This document shows positions 52,132-63,226 of a stretch of 64,000 nt of DNA, piece after piece (position 1 is the stretch's first letter; each line of letters starts with the position of its first letter). The stretch lies in assembly GCF_006345805.1 (NCBI RefSeq), contig NC_043003.1:112034001-112098000 (forward strand), given 5' to 3'. The position numbers and the translations under genes were made by a program. The notes below the pieces were generated by a model, which saw only the letters and a program-made list of their open reading frames with translations, did not search any database and was not told the origin of the DNA. The DNA comes from Octopus sinensis. Its lineage: Eukaryota.

Positions 52132-54509
52132 TAAGCACTAGATTAGCACAGGTGTGTTGATGCCGAAAAGACTTGTAGATCTCATCAACACTCTAATATA
52201 CACACAGAAAAGAATTGAATTTGACTGTAACGCTGATACCGGACCCAACTTAACACAATCATTATAATGTATCTTGTTTGGAAACAATCCTACTGAAAAT
52301 GATATTGTGGCATGAAGATTCCAGTATAGATATTGCTAATGACAACAAGTTGTTCAATTTCGTTAATATATATATAAATTGACTGACTCTTATATTGCCT
52401 TTTTCCGAACTAATATATTTAACTATTTGCCTTTAGAAGAAGTCAATAATTTTCATTCATTCTGTCTCTTCAAATTCCCTGTTGATTCTTTTGAACATAG
52501 AAATAGAGCAGTATAATAACAAAACAAAACCCAAAGTTTCGAGAATATTTCTTCACATTCACCTATTCTTTGTCCATGAAGGCAAATATTAATAGAATTC
52601 TGGTAAACATAACTGATATTAGTCGAAACCTTCGACGTTTGGACTATACAGTTCATTAATGTCGCTTTGGGAAATCGAATAGAATATCTAAAAAAAAAAT
52701 ATAACCCCAATATTTACTTCTGGGATTAAGCAATAGTTTGAGCTTCTTCGTAGAACAAGACAAAAGTAATCATACAAGCTACAATGAGATTCGTTGAAAG
52801 GCTGCTTGGATAATTCCTGTAAAAAGATCAGAAAATAAGGTAAAAGGAGAAATGGTATATATGCTTTTCAAGTTCGAATGTAAACAGTAATTATTAACAG
52901 AACAGACTTGTAATCCTTGAAGGTAAATACAAAAAGCGAAATAATGTTATGTCTATAACACAAATAAACTGTATTTCGAATCTATTATCAGTTGTATATA
53001 TATATATATATGTGTGTATGTGTGTGTGTGTATGTGTGTGTGTGTGTGTTTGTGTGTGCGTGTGTGTGTGTGTGTGTATACATGTGTATATGTGAGTCTC
53101 TGCTTTTCTGTGTGCAAATGAAAATACATACGATCTCCAACATTTGAACAGTCACATTATCAAATACAAACCATAAGTAAAAGCATGTCAGATAAGAAAT
53201 AACCCATTGTTGACGATCTCAGTAACTTTAGTGGTAACTAGATTATCTGACAGGTCAGAAGAAAACTTTGTTGAAGATGTCAAGAGGAGGTGGATTATTT
53301 TGTGAATGTCTCCTTCCATATTAGATCAAGTAAACTAGATTATAGTTCTCTTCTCTTGTACAGTGCGTAAGCTTCTCCCGAATATTGGCACAACCAGGCT
53401 AAGTACTATCTGAAAGCAATAGTTATTTAAGATTAATAGAACAATGGAAGTCATTCGCTTTCCAGAAACGATTAATGCGAAAGAGAAAGAATTTGCTGAT
53501 ATTTCAGCAAATAACTCTTAGGTTATTTACAGCCTCTGTACTAAAATATTCATACTGTTTTGTATAAAGACAACATTATTTATATATTTTTAATCTAAAT
53601 TTGTAGAAGAAAACGGTAAACATTTGTTTTTTTTTTAATTTTTCATTATGAGAGCTTTTATTGGGATGTTATCTACTCATATTACTGCAACGTTTTCGGG
53701 ATGCAGGAATTTAACTTTATTTCTTTCTTGTGAACGCAATTGGCCTCACAAATATAAATGAATGTGGAAATCGAACATACGTTACAGAATATGTTATTAT
53801 TATTAAGCCTATATTCTAGAAAATATGTATAAGGTCAAGCATATATGTTAGCGCTATGGTTGCTAATACGTAACAAACTACATGCTCTAGTGGTGTTCCT
53901 AAATTCTGTTCCTGATCTGAGATTAATGTCATCTTAAATATGTCATCTACATTAACAATTAATATAAAATATTTCAGATTTAATCAATATTGTTGCATAT
54001 TTCATACTTCAGAACATACAGAGTGACTTATAAATTTAAAATCATCAAGGGTGATTTCGATTTCTACACAAATTATTTTTGAAGTATGGAAGTACAATTC
54101 CTTGCGTAATTCGGAACCAAATTGCGCTCTATCTCCGAGAGAGAACATTCCAGATTAATAACTGAAAGATAGCAGCTTATATATATATATGTAATATAAT
54201 ATAATATAATATAATGTAATGTAATATAATATAATGTAATATAATATAGTCAAGCTTCAGTTGAATTGCGGCACCAAACCAGTTCAGTATAGCGCCCGCA
54301 GCTCGAAGTTAGGTGAACGGTAATTAAGTAACAGGAATATACGGTTATAAATTCATTACGGACGTTTCGAGCGGCTCCATTTCATCGATCAAGGAAAACA
54401 TTACGTCAGTTTGAAAGAACTGCTCCCATGAGCTATAGATGACCATATAGAATTCCAACATATAGGATAAACCCTTTTCATCATAGCAGTACTCGAAATC
54501 AAAATAATA

Positions 54510-54656
54510 ACATTGTTTCCTTGTATTTTTGGCAGTATGAATTTAGAGAAGAAGGCGTATCTTATGTAGCCCACAAATAAATTAAAGTAGGCTTACCAAG
54601 ATATGCATTATTCTCTAAATTCATTCTGCCACAAATATAACATAAGGAAACAATGT
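54510..54656. repeat. Imperfect fold-back (~65-bp arms) at the truncated end of the Tc1 fragment
   Basis: acattgtttcctt..ggcagtatgaatttagagaa pairs with ttctctaaattcattctgcc..aaggaaacaatgt. Confidence 0.8.
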
Positions 54657-54659
54657 AAT

Positions 54660-55624
54660 CGTGTTGGCCCCCTAGTACTGATATGTACAGATATTTGACT
54701 GTTGGGACCACACATCCAGGAAGATAGGCTGTCCCAATTCTACTGTGAAGAAAAGCAGCTCCAGGGCTTTCAAGATTCTGAGGAGACAAAAAAGTTTCTG
54801 ATAATTCTGTGTATCCAATAAAAAATTTGTACAAAAGCAAGAATTTCAGTTATGCCCAGGGAAGTGGTGGAAATGAAAGTGGAGAACCTACCTCAAAGTT
54901 AGTTTCATCAAACCAAACAACTTTAGCCCAATTATAATCAGATCAATTGTCATGCTCTTTTGTCCAAGACAATCGCTCCTTCTTGTTCACCTCTGGTTTT
55001 ACATCCTTTCAGCCAGTTTCTATTAATCTTCTCACAGTACCAGTTTATATATTCTTGTTTGTTGCCACCTGAAACTCAGCAGTCCTGTCAGAATTCGACT
55101 TTTTTCCTCTTGGCCAGAGATGTCCTCCTCTTCAGCAACCAGTTGTACACTTTTTGCAACCTGGACCTCTACAGTTTATGAAAGAATTTGGTCTCATTGA
55201 AACTTTTGATGGTTGTTTGGACACCTTTTCTCGAGCATTTTTTGCAATTTCATCTTGGGAGAATCATTCACGAGATAATGCTATGATTTGAATCATTTGA
55301 GCTTCAGGAAACTATTTCTTTGGAGAAATTTGCAACAAGAATTAGCCACAGATAAGTTATTAATAAGATATTCACTGAAACAAATAGCGAAAAACGTTAG
55401 TGTCACACAACGAGTAACATAAATTGACCCAGACACTTGCGGCAACTGAGTCTCAAGTTTGCAAAAACGCATAAAAGCGGCTTAAAAAGCAAAAGCAGGA
55501 CACATCGAATACCAATTACTGTTGACTCCAGAATATTTATCAAACTGCTCTCAATTTTTAAGTAAATGAGTTTCAATCATCATCTCTATTTTTTCATACC
55601 TGCTCCATAATTTTGGCCAAGCCT
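54660..55624 (-). mobile_element. Tc1-like transposon 5' part (TIR, HTH, first catalytic D)
   Basis: CSRKGVQTTIK.FNET, LKGCKTR, WAKVVWFDET, VVPTVKY; TIR-like ggcttggccaaaattatggagcag near 55595-55624. Confidence 0.8.
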
Positions 55625-56460
55625 ATAAGTATGTGCACATATATACATATATATGTATACATACATACACACATGTATAATACACACATGTGTGTGTGAG
55701 TGAGTGTGTGTGTGTGTGTGTGTGTGTGCGTGTGTTTGTAGGCCTGTTGATTAGTATTGGAACCAACATTGCTTATTTACGATTGAGCATTGGATACAAG
55801 CATTTGAAGGTAAGATGTATTTTTGGTTTGATTTATAAATACATCCTGTCAATCAGTACATATAGGAATAACTGAAATAACCTGACGATTATTCAACGTC
55901 AGAAGTCATTTTATTATTGAATGACATTATCTGACTGGATGAGATAAAACGAAACACGTTCGAAATTGCGATCGTGTTGTTTTAGAAATGAATGGTATTT
56001 TTTCTCTTTAATATCTTCTAAGCTCCACCAACTAAGTATGGCAATTTCCTTAGCAACATGGGTCCTTGTCATTGAATATTCTTTAGAAAATAAGATATGT
56101 TTTGATTGCCATTCTTCGAGCATTTTTCACAATTCAGCATTAGCCGCTTTTATTCAGGTTAGTTCAACACACTTGGACAGTGAGAATATAAGGATCCGAA
56201 ACATATGCAAGGAAATTTTTTGTTCAACACTCGATCAATTCAGATACTACACAACCCAGCAATAGTAGTGTATTTAATCGAGTTTTCAAGAAAGAAAGGC
56301 GAAGTTAACTTCACCGCTATTTGAAATCGTAAGGCCACCAGCAGTAACAAATATGGTAAAATTATTTTACACGGTGATCTCATGCATCTGTCAACTTTAA
56401 GTTCTTCCTACAACATTTTAGAACGGTTTAACATCTCTGCTAAATATACTTTGCACAGTG

Positions 56461-56875
56461 AGGCGGCGAGCTGGCAGAAGCGTTAGCACGCCGGGCGAAA
56501 TGCGTAGCCGTATTTCGTCTGTCGTTACGTTCTGAGTTCAAATTACGCCGAGGTCGACTTTGCCTTCCATCCTTTCGGGGTCGATAAATTAAGTACCAGT
56601 TACGCACTGGGGTCGATTTAATCGACTTAATACCTATGTCTGTCCTTGTTTGTCCCCTCTGTATTTAGCCCCTTGTGGGTAATAAAGAAATAGGTATTTC
56701 GTCTGCTGCTATGTTCTGAGTTCAAATTCCGCCGAGGTCGACTTTGCCTTTCATCCTTTCGAGGTCGATAAATAAAGTACCAGTTTTGCACTGGCGTCGA
56801 TGTAATCGACTTAATCCCTTTGTCTGTCCTTGTTTGTCCCCTCTATGTTTAGCCCCTTGTGGGTAGTAAAGAGAT
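56461..56875 (+). mobile_element. SINE tandem: a full copy (56461-56693) followed directly by a 5'-truncated copy (56694-56875)
   Basis: gtatttcgtctg..gttctgagttcaaatt..gccgaggtcgactttgcc..ccccttgtgggta.taaaga occurs twice. Confidence 0.92.
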
Positions 56876-59800
56876 ATATACGTTTCACAGAGAGAAGTAT
56901 GTATATATTCTCGTGCATTATATAACATTCATAGAACTACTTTATATCGACTCTGATATCAAATACAATATACTTTAAGCGATCACGATAATTTCAATAA
57001 GTGACCAGCTATTAATTACTTTCATGTTTGAACTGCCAGAGTTGTAACTTCTTAGTATTACATTCTAAAATATAATCATATTTACCAAGCAACAAAATCA
57101 AACAATAAAATACTAGATGTCTGCTTGTTTTAAAGAGAAATATGTTACTTACAAGCTGCGACTAAACATATCTATATACGTATAAACATAAATATTTCTT
57201 AAGATCTTCTGCCATCGATGTCTATGTCGATTATTTTAATGTCTGTTATTGCTCTGTTCTGGGGTATTCAGTACGCCAACTACAATATTTGTCTTGGTTC
57301 CCTTCAGTTCCACTCAGGAAGCGAGGTGAGCGAAGATTACCTTCGACGCAGCCACATTTTATTGAAGCATTTTACAATTCATTATACCCTGCTTAGTTGT
57401 GACATTGTATCATGAATGAAGTAAGACAATCTGATTAGGGTGGCCTTCAAGAAAATGTAAGAAAACCTTACCGAAATTATCAAATTAAAGTGAACATGTA
57501 ATTGTTGTCGTGTTTCTGTCAGATTTGAAGTACTATATCTATACAAATGTATCCCTGAGCTAATTGAACAAAGTATTTCATGGAACAAAACATTTTAGAA
57601 ATGTTAAGCTGCCTAAACAAGGAATTGGACAAAACCATAACCAAGTGCTTCGTAATGGAAAATATTGATATTGCACATACCCCAATATATATATGAGAGT
57701 TAGATGTTGGGAATCCAACCAACTAAGGGATAATAACTATCCAATATACTGCTGGTAGAATGCCCGATTATTAATTCAGAAGTGTTTTTTGCATGTCAAT
57801 ACACAGACACACATATAGAATGTGTGTTGTGAAAGCTAAAAGATGTAACGCATCAAATATAAATAATACAGATATTTATTCTGGAGTGATATGTTTGTGA
57901 TAGTGCTTTTTTACTTGAATATGTTTTGATATCTTATTTGTTAATATTGTAGCTTCTCCTATTGCAACTATTTATGAAGGTGATTCTCATATTTATTTAC
58001 AATTTCATCCAAGAATCAACAACATTAGTGGACGCTAATTGATACCAAATATACCAATATTTATGTTGTCTTTCTTGACCCCAGTGACATTTGAAATCAG
58101 AAGGTACAGAGCCAGAAAAAAATATATGTAAGTTATTTTTCGGACATACACTTCTGCTAACTTACAACCATAATATTTTTATAGGAGCAACATAAGCAGA
58201 TTTTGTTAAGGTAACAATAGTCGACATTATCAGTCCGAGCTCTTGACTGACACTTCATTCTATCAATTGAAGATGTTGCATTACAAATTCACCATCGGGA
58301 TTATTTTGGTTCAGAATATTATCGTAATATATGTAACGCATTTGCACTAAGCAGTGCCTGTGGGTATTTCGCGCTAGGGCGAGTTCCTCTGGCCATGATT
58401 ACTGCAGTGTGCTTTAGATTATTGCTGCTTGTTTAACATACACGCGCTCGCCTCTCTCTTGAAAACTAATTGTAAGTCGTACTCCTCATACAGTGAATAG
58501 TTAATATTTTTTACATCTCAAAGCTTCAAGCTTTGTCTTTGCATGCAATGTTACTTACTCATTCATCCATAAACATTCTGCTCTGTAGAGGGCCCAACTT
58601 GTCTATTTTACTACACTTTTTTGGGATATTGTTTTTGTTTCTCTTTATCTATCGACAATGTGTCACTTCGCTCCGACCTCCATTTTCTCTCCATCGTTGC
58701 AAGACGAAAGAACTTTGATTTCTACCATTTCTACTTCCATTTTCAACCATAATTGAATCACCAACCAGTGTTGCAGCTATTGGTGATGTCAAATCAGCAA
58801 CATCCGGGACATGCTGTTTTTACTGCTGTTGTTTCAATTCACTGTCCCCTTTTGTCTTAAACATCATTAATTTTTCATACCGGAAAGACCTTCAATGATT
58901 TTTAATACGACACCCGTAATAAATGAGCGTTTTTTCAAGCAATGCTAATCTTTTTGCTTTCGTTTCCGCACCGATAAGAGGATCCCTTCTAAATTGCGTG
59001 GTTGTTTACGGGAGTTATAAAAGTTATATATCCATCTTCGCAGGCCTCTTTACCGCGAATTAGTTTTGGCATCTCTGCTCTCACTATGCTTGTATTTCGA
59101 CATGGATCGTGGCATAATGAGCGACGTAGTTACATGATCTATCGGTTCGCCTGACTTTCAGCCTTGAAAAGTAAATAAACATCATCGTATATCTGGCTGT
59201 GCTTGATGGCGACCAGTTCCGCACAGAATTGGATAGACTGTAATATAATTTACTTTGATTCGAGATTATATCATACAAATGATAAGTAATATAACATAAC
59301 CAATGGTAGCGTCTCCGGAATGTGTTCTCATAGTTAAGACAAAAGTAACCGAATACGCCATTGCATTTGTCTGTATTATATGCCAGTGCTATTGGTTCTG
59401 CTAAATCCACCGACACCTAAGGGTTTAACATAATTACAGATTTGTATTATAATAGCGTACTTAATTTTTGACAATCATTTAATTATTTTCGGCACAACCT
59501 GTCATTTGAAATACCTCCTGTAATCTAATATCAGCGCCGCCTTCTGTTGCATTCAATAATTATCGCAGCAATCATTTAAACTGTATGATGTATATCATCA
59601 GCTATTAAATGACTTGAAGTGTTAAACATCCATATAAATACGTTCGCTAGGATGTGATTACATGACACACTAGTGATCCATAAAGATCAATTACTAGTTA
59701 ATGCCAACTCAAGATACAAACCTTTCTAGAGTTTCTCAATTTGCTTTTCGCTTTCTTCGAACAAAGGGATCATAGTTCATTAATTGCTCTTCCCATCAGG

Positions 59801-60199
59801 ATTATTTCTACACATTAATTATTAACTCCCTTGTTTCTATTGTGTTATACTTTATTAGCATTTTATTTCAAGGTTTTCTACAATCTAATTAATCTTTCTT
59901 GAATTAAACATCTTGAAGGCATTTTCTGAAGCCGTGCTCTCAAGACTTGAGATATAAAATATCCATCATTAACGTTATACACCTATCCATGTGTAATAAA
60001 ATTCATTACTGATCTACAGCTAAAGAATGTTTAAAAACACAGATAAAATGTGATTAAACAGGAGTTACGTAATCCTGTTTCTATAACCTTATATGCCTTA
60101 ACTTCTTGAGCACTCAATAATAGATTTTTATTCAAAAAGTTATTCCATCTAATGTTTTTTTTATCCTTTTGTCTTCAGTAAATGCATTATTCCTGTGTT

Positions 60200-60545
60200 A
60201 GGGTGTCTCCAGCCGATCTAAAGACAACGCTTGTTGAAGATGACGATGAACTGTTGTATGGTTTGAAGTAAGCTTTATTGCCAATTCTTCAACTGATAAT
60301 GACGGATTTTCTTCAAGTAATGCCTCAAGGAGCTTATCATTAAACTCAACTGGACATCCACTTCGATCTTCATCTTAAATTTTGCAAACGATCTCCTGCA
60401 AGTTCTTTCATTCAAGCACCTTCTCATAAACTGAGTGTATGTTTCGAGTCACTTCGGCTGCAGAGTTACTTTTATTGTACTCATAAAGAATTATAAGTGC
60501 CTTAAATGCTCCTTGGATAGTTCCATGTTGAAAGGGTTTTAATCA
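60200..60545 (-). mobile_element. mariner transposase N-terminal (HTH) fragment
   Basis: LYEYNKSNSAAEVTRNIHSVY..DEDRSGCPVEFNDKLLEALLEENPSLSVEELA..HTTVHRHLQQ. Confidence 0.85.
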
Positions 60546-60554
60546 AAGCAATTT

Positions 60555-61325
60555 TAGGGTGTCCACGAAGTCTGAGTACATGGAATAAAATCATAACATA
60601 AACAAATATAAGAAATAATAATTTTCCTTTTTAACTTTTGTCTAAATTAAATAAAAAAATACTTTACTTTTCTAAATTTATTTGTTATTTTTTCTACAGA
60701 TGATCAAATGATGACTCTGTCCAAAGAAGAAAGAATCCCAGATCGAATGATGGATCTGTCTAAAGAAGAGCTATTATTATTAAGTGGATGAGAGGGATGG
60801 TCGTATCGCAAAATTGCGAAAGAATTTAATCTTCGATACCTTATAGGTAACCTAAATTTTTTTACTGCCGTCGGGAAATTTATCAATAAATTTAAAGAAA
60901 CAGGCAGTGGTTTGGATAAACCCCGCTCCGAGCGACCAAAGACTTCGGAGGAAACGAAAGAGGCAGTCATGGCTAAAGTTTCTGCTAGCCCAAAGAAATC
61001 ACTTCGTCGGACATCCACGGTGTTAGGTGTTCCAAAACCAACCATCAACAAAATGCTGTTTGAGGAAAAGTTTCATCGATACAACCTACAGATATTGCAT
61101 CACTTAAATGAAGACGACCCTGATAGACGAATGTAGACGTGCGAATGGTTTTCAGATAAATTGGATGAAAATATGAATTTTGCGAAAAACATTGTTGTTC
61201 AGTGACAAAGCTACGTTTGATGTAATTGGTGAGGTCAACAGACAGAATCTTCTATACTGGTCTCGAGGTAATCCACATTGGATGGATCCATCCAAACAGC
61301 AAGACAGCAAAAAGGTGATGGTGTG

Positions 61326-61330
<5 letters not shown>
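60555..61330 (+). mobile_element. Tc1-family transposon 5' part, truncated at a (TA)n tract
   Basis: TIR-like AGGGTGTCCAC; GWSYRKIAKEFN, KFKETGS..KPRSERPK, SPKKSLRR, FHRYNLQILHHLNEDDPDRR, LFSDKATF..VNRQN..YWS..NPHW, VMVWC. Confidence 0.9.
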
Positions 61331-61370
<40 letters not shown>

Positions 61371-61371
<1 letters not shown>

Positions 61372-61555
61372 CTAGTTGCCATGATAGATCGTTAGCCACG
61401 ACACACATTTTTTCTCTCCTTGTTTTTCGTGTCCCTTTCTGTAGAGGAGAGTAGGTTCGAAACGTAAAAGACTTTTCTATTCCTGAGGCTAATACTAATA
61501 CATCTGTTTGTTTTGTACACCACATGTCTTCGTCTTTTGGTTTTTCGTAAACTCT

Positions 61556-61558
<3 letters not shown>
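61371..61558 (+). mobile_element. Short TA-flanked element with a minimal hammerhead-like motif (61431-61472)
   Basis: CTTT-CTGTAGA-G-GAGA-GTAG-GTTC-GAAA-CG-TA-AAAG; (TA)n on both sides. Confidence 0.55.
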
Positions 61559-61595
<37 letters not shown>

Positions 61596-61849
61596 ATAAC
61601 CATTTATCCAAGTTCAAATCATTGATGCAATTTTATACGAATTGCTAATACGCACACATAATAAGGGTGAACAATTGAATATTAATTTGATTAACATGAA
61701 TTGAAAACCAGTGGTGTATCATATAAGACAAGAGCGGATCTTCTTTTAGCAAAATGGATGACCACTGTTAATGGTTAATCTCTGTTATATAATACTTTCA
61801 CTTTAGTAGTTTCGGTATTAAAGTGAATGTCTGCATTACAATAGAGAGA

Positions 61850-62046
61850 TGTTTTTGTTTCACTTTTAACACGTAATACTGAAATAGTGGAGAAGATATG
61901 ATATTGCTGTGGGGTCGCCCTAGGGAAAAAGTTAAAATTTTTGGCCGATGACCTTAAGTAAGGCAAGTGTAAAATTTGAATGAAATTGGTTGTGTAGTCC
62001 TCAGGTTTTAGGGAAACACACAGACAGACAGATATACACATTCTCA

Positions 62047-62085
<39 letters not shown>
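61850..62085 (-). mobile_element. Partial Helitron-like element
   Basis: acacagacagac..ttttatatata terminus resembles the ends of 5251-5620 and 49396-49790; the other end was not found. Confidence 0.45.
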
Positions 62086-62086
<1 letters not shown>

Positions 62087-62349
62087 AGTTCTCGTTTGAA
62101 ATTCTACCGAAATAATTTGAAGATAGTTAACTATAGGCAAATGGTTACATTTTTCTAGAATCATATTGTTTGGTTTTATATACTATGTTTACATGGTATA
62201 TCGGCAGCATGTACAAACTTCATTGTGTAAAGTTCTTGATATGTACTTATGACAGATATTTCTTTCGATTGGATTACCATGTGTCGGTTCGGTAAAAGTC
62301 AAGATGTTTATCTAAACAAACTTATGCATTCATTATTATGTATTGTGTA

Positions 62350-62690
62350 AGGCAGCAAGGTGGCACAGTCGTTATCTTAGAGTGTCGAAGAAAATGCTTT
62401 GCAAGACCGATTTCGACCTGTTATGTTTCGAATTCAGATCTCAGAAAATACAACTTTACTTTTCATCATTTCTGTATCGATAAAAAAAGGTACAAGTCAA
62501 ATTTTGAGGACGATAACATCCTTTTGTCCCTTACCTTTATTTTCTGTTTTATCTGTAAATCAAAGCCATTCCTAGACAACACATATAGGCCGGCAGCTGA
62601 TAGAATGTGTCGGTAAGAAAAGAATGTAATATTTCTTGTTCGTTACGTTCTGAGTTGAAATCCCGCTAAGTTTGACTTTGCCTTTCATTC
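62350..62690 (+). mobile_element. Two degraded SINE fragments (62350-62500 and ~62600-62690)
   Basis: gttacgttctgagttgaaatccc..tttgactttgcctttcattcc matches the 56461 family. Confidence 0.6.
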
Positions 62691-62693
62691 CAT

Positions 62694-62868
62694 GACGGGA
62701 GCGCTGGTGGACGGCATGGGCTTGCTTTTCCAGGTGCCGAGCCGGAAGCCCACTGACTTTTCCCGGGTAATTTTCGCTCCTGTCACCGCTTCGTAGTCTT
62801 TCAGTGTCTCGCTAACCAGCTCGATGTGCTCGTGGCTAGACACTATGACGGTGACGTCGTCCGTGCAT
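62694..62868 (-). mobile_element. L1/Tx1-like LINE RT fragment
   Basis: CTDDVTVIVSSHEHIELVSETLKDYEAVTGAKITREKSVGFRLGTW (cf. YADDVTV..YE..SGAKINxxKS.GL.LG.W). GC-rich compared with the flanks. Confidence 0.8.
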
Positions 62869-62875
62869 GGAAGAC

Positions 62876-62876
<1 letters not shown>

Positions 62877-62965
<89 letters not shown>
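62877..62965. repeat. (GATA)n microsatellite
   Basis: Direct tandem repeat. Confidence 0.97.
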
Positions 62966-62966
<1 letters not shown>

Positions 62967-63107
62967 GAGAGAGATGGCAGCAAAAGAAAGAATGAGACCT
63001 TGATATTATGTAGAGGAATTTATGTGTAATATAATATGTGATATTCGGTTGCTATAATAACACTCCGAGTTTTGGATGTCGAGAGGGAACTCTGCTCCGA
63101 CATCTCG

Positions 63108-63226
63108 TCAGACGACCATATCACGTTGAAAGCCCCGGTGCTCGTTCGATCAACTAGGTTAAGCAACGTCAAGCCTAGTGAGTACTTAGATGGGGTGACC
63201 TCTAGGGAAGACTAGGTTCTGTAAGC
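63108..63226 (+). rRNA. Dispersed 5S rRNA copy, probably a pseudogene
   Basis: ACGACCATATCACGTTGAAAG.CCGGT.CTCGT.CGATC..GTTAAGCAACGTC..AGTACTT.GATGGGGTGACC..GGGAA..GG.TCTGTAAGC follows the metazoan 5S sequence. The first nucleotides diverge, there are several substitutions, and no downstream oligo-T terminator. Confidence 0.85.

Noticed and set aside
55935-55970. CTGGATGAG-ATAAAA-CGAAACACGTT hammerhead-like string
   Set aside because: Stem II is only 1 bp and there is no stem I pairing.
55914-56123. ORF with AKEIAIL, reminiscent of Polinton/viral accessory proteins
   Set aside because: A single short motif with no supporting neighbouring genes.
56461-56875. CRISPR-like or prokaryotic repeat arrays
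   Set aside because: The repeats are eukaryotic SINE copies and microsatellites; there is no constant repeat with unique spacers and no cas genes.
60179-60200. TAAATGCATTAT matching the 5' part of miR-277
   Set aside because: Only 12 nt match and no precursor hairpin is present. No other conserved miRNA was recognised by eye.
62420-62460. Minus-strand CTGAGA...GAAAC hammerhead-like string
   Set aside because: It lies within a degraded SINE and is explained by substitutions in that family.
63075-63104. HDV-like ribozyme interpretation of the hairpin upstream of 5S
   Set aside because: Only 16 nt separate the putative P1 strands, too few for P2, P3 and L3.
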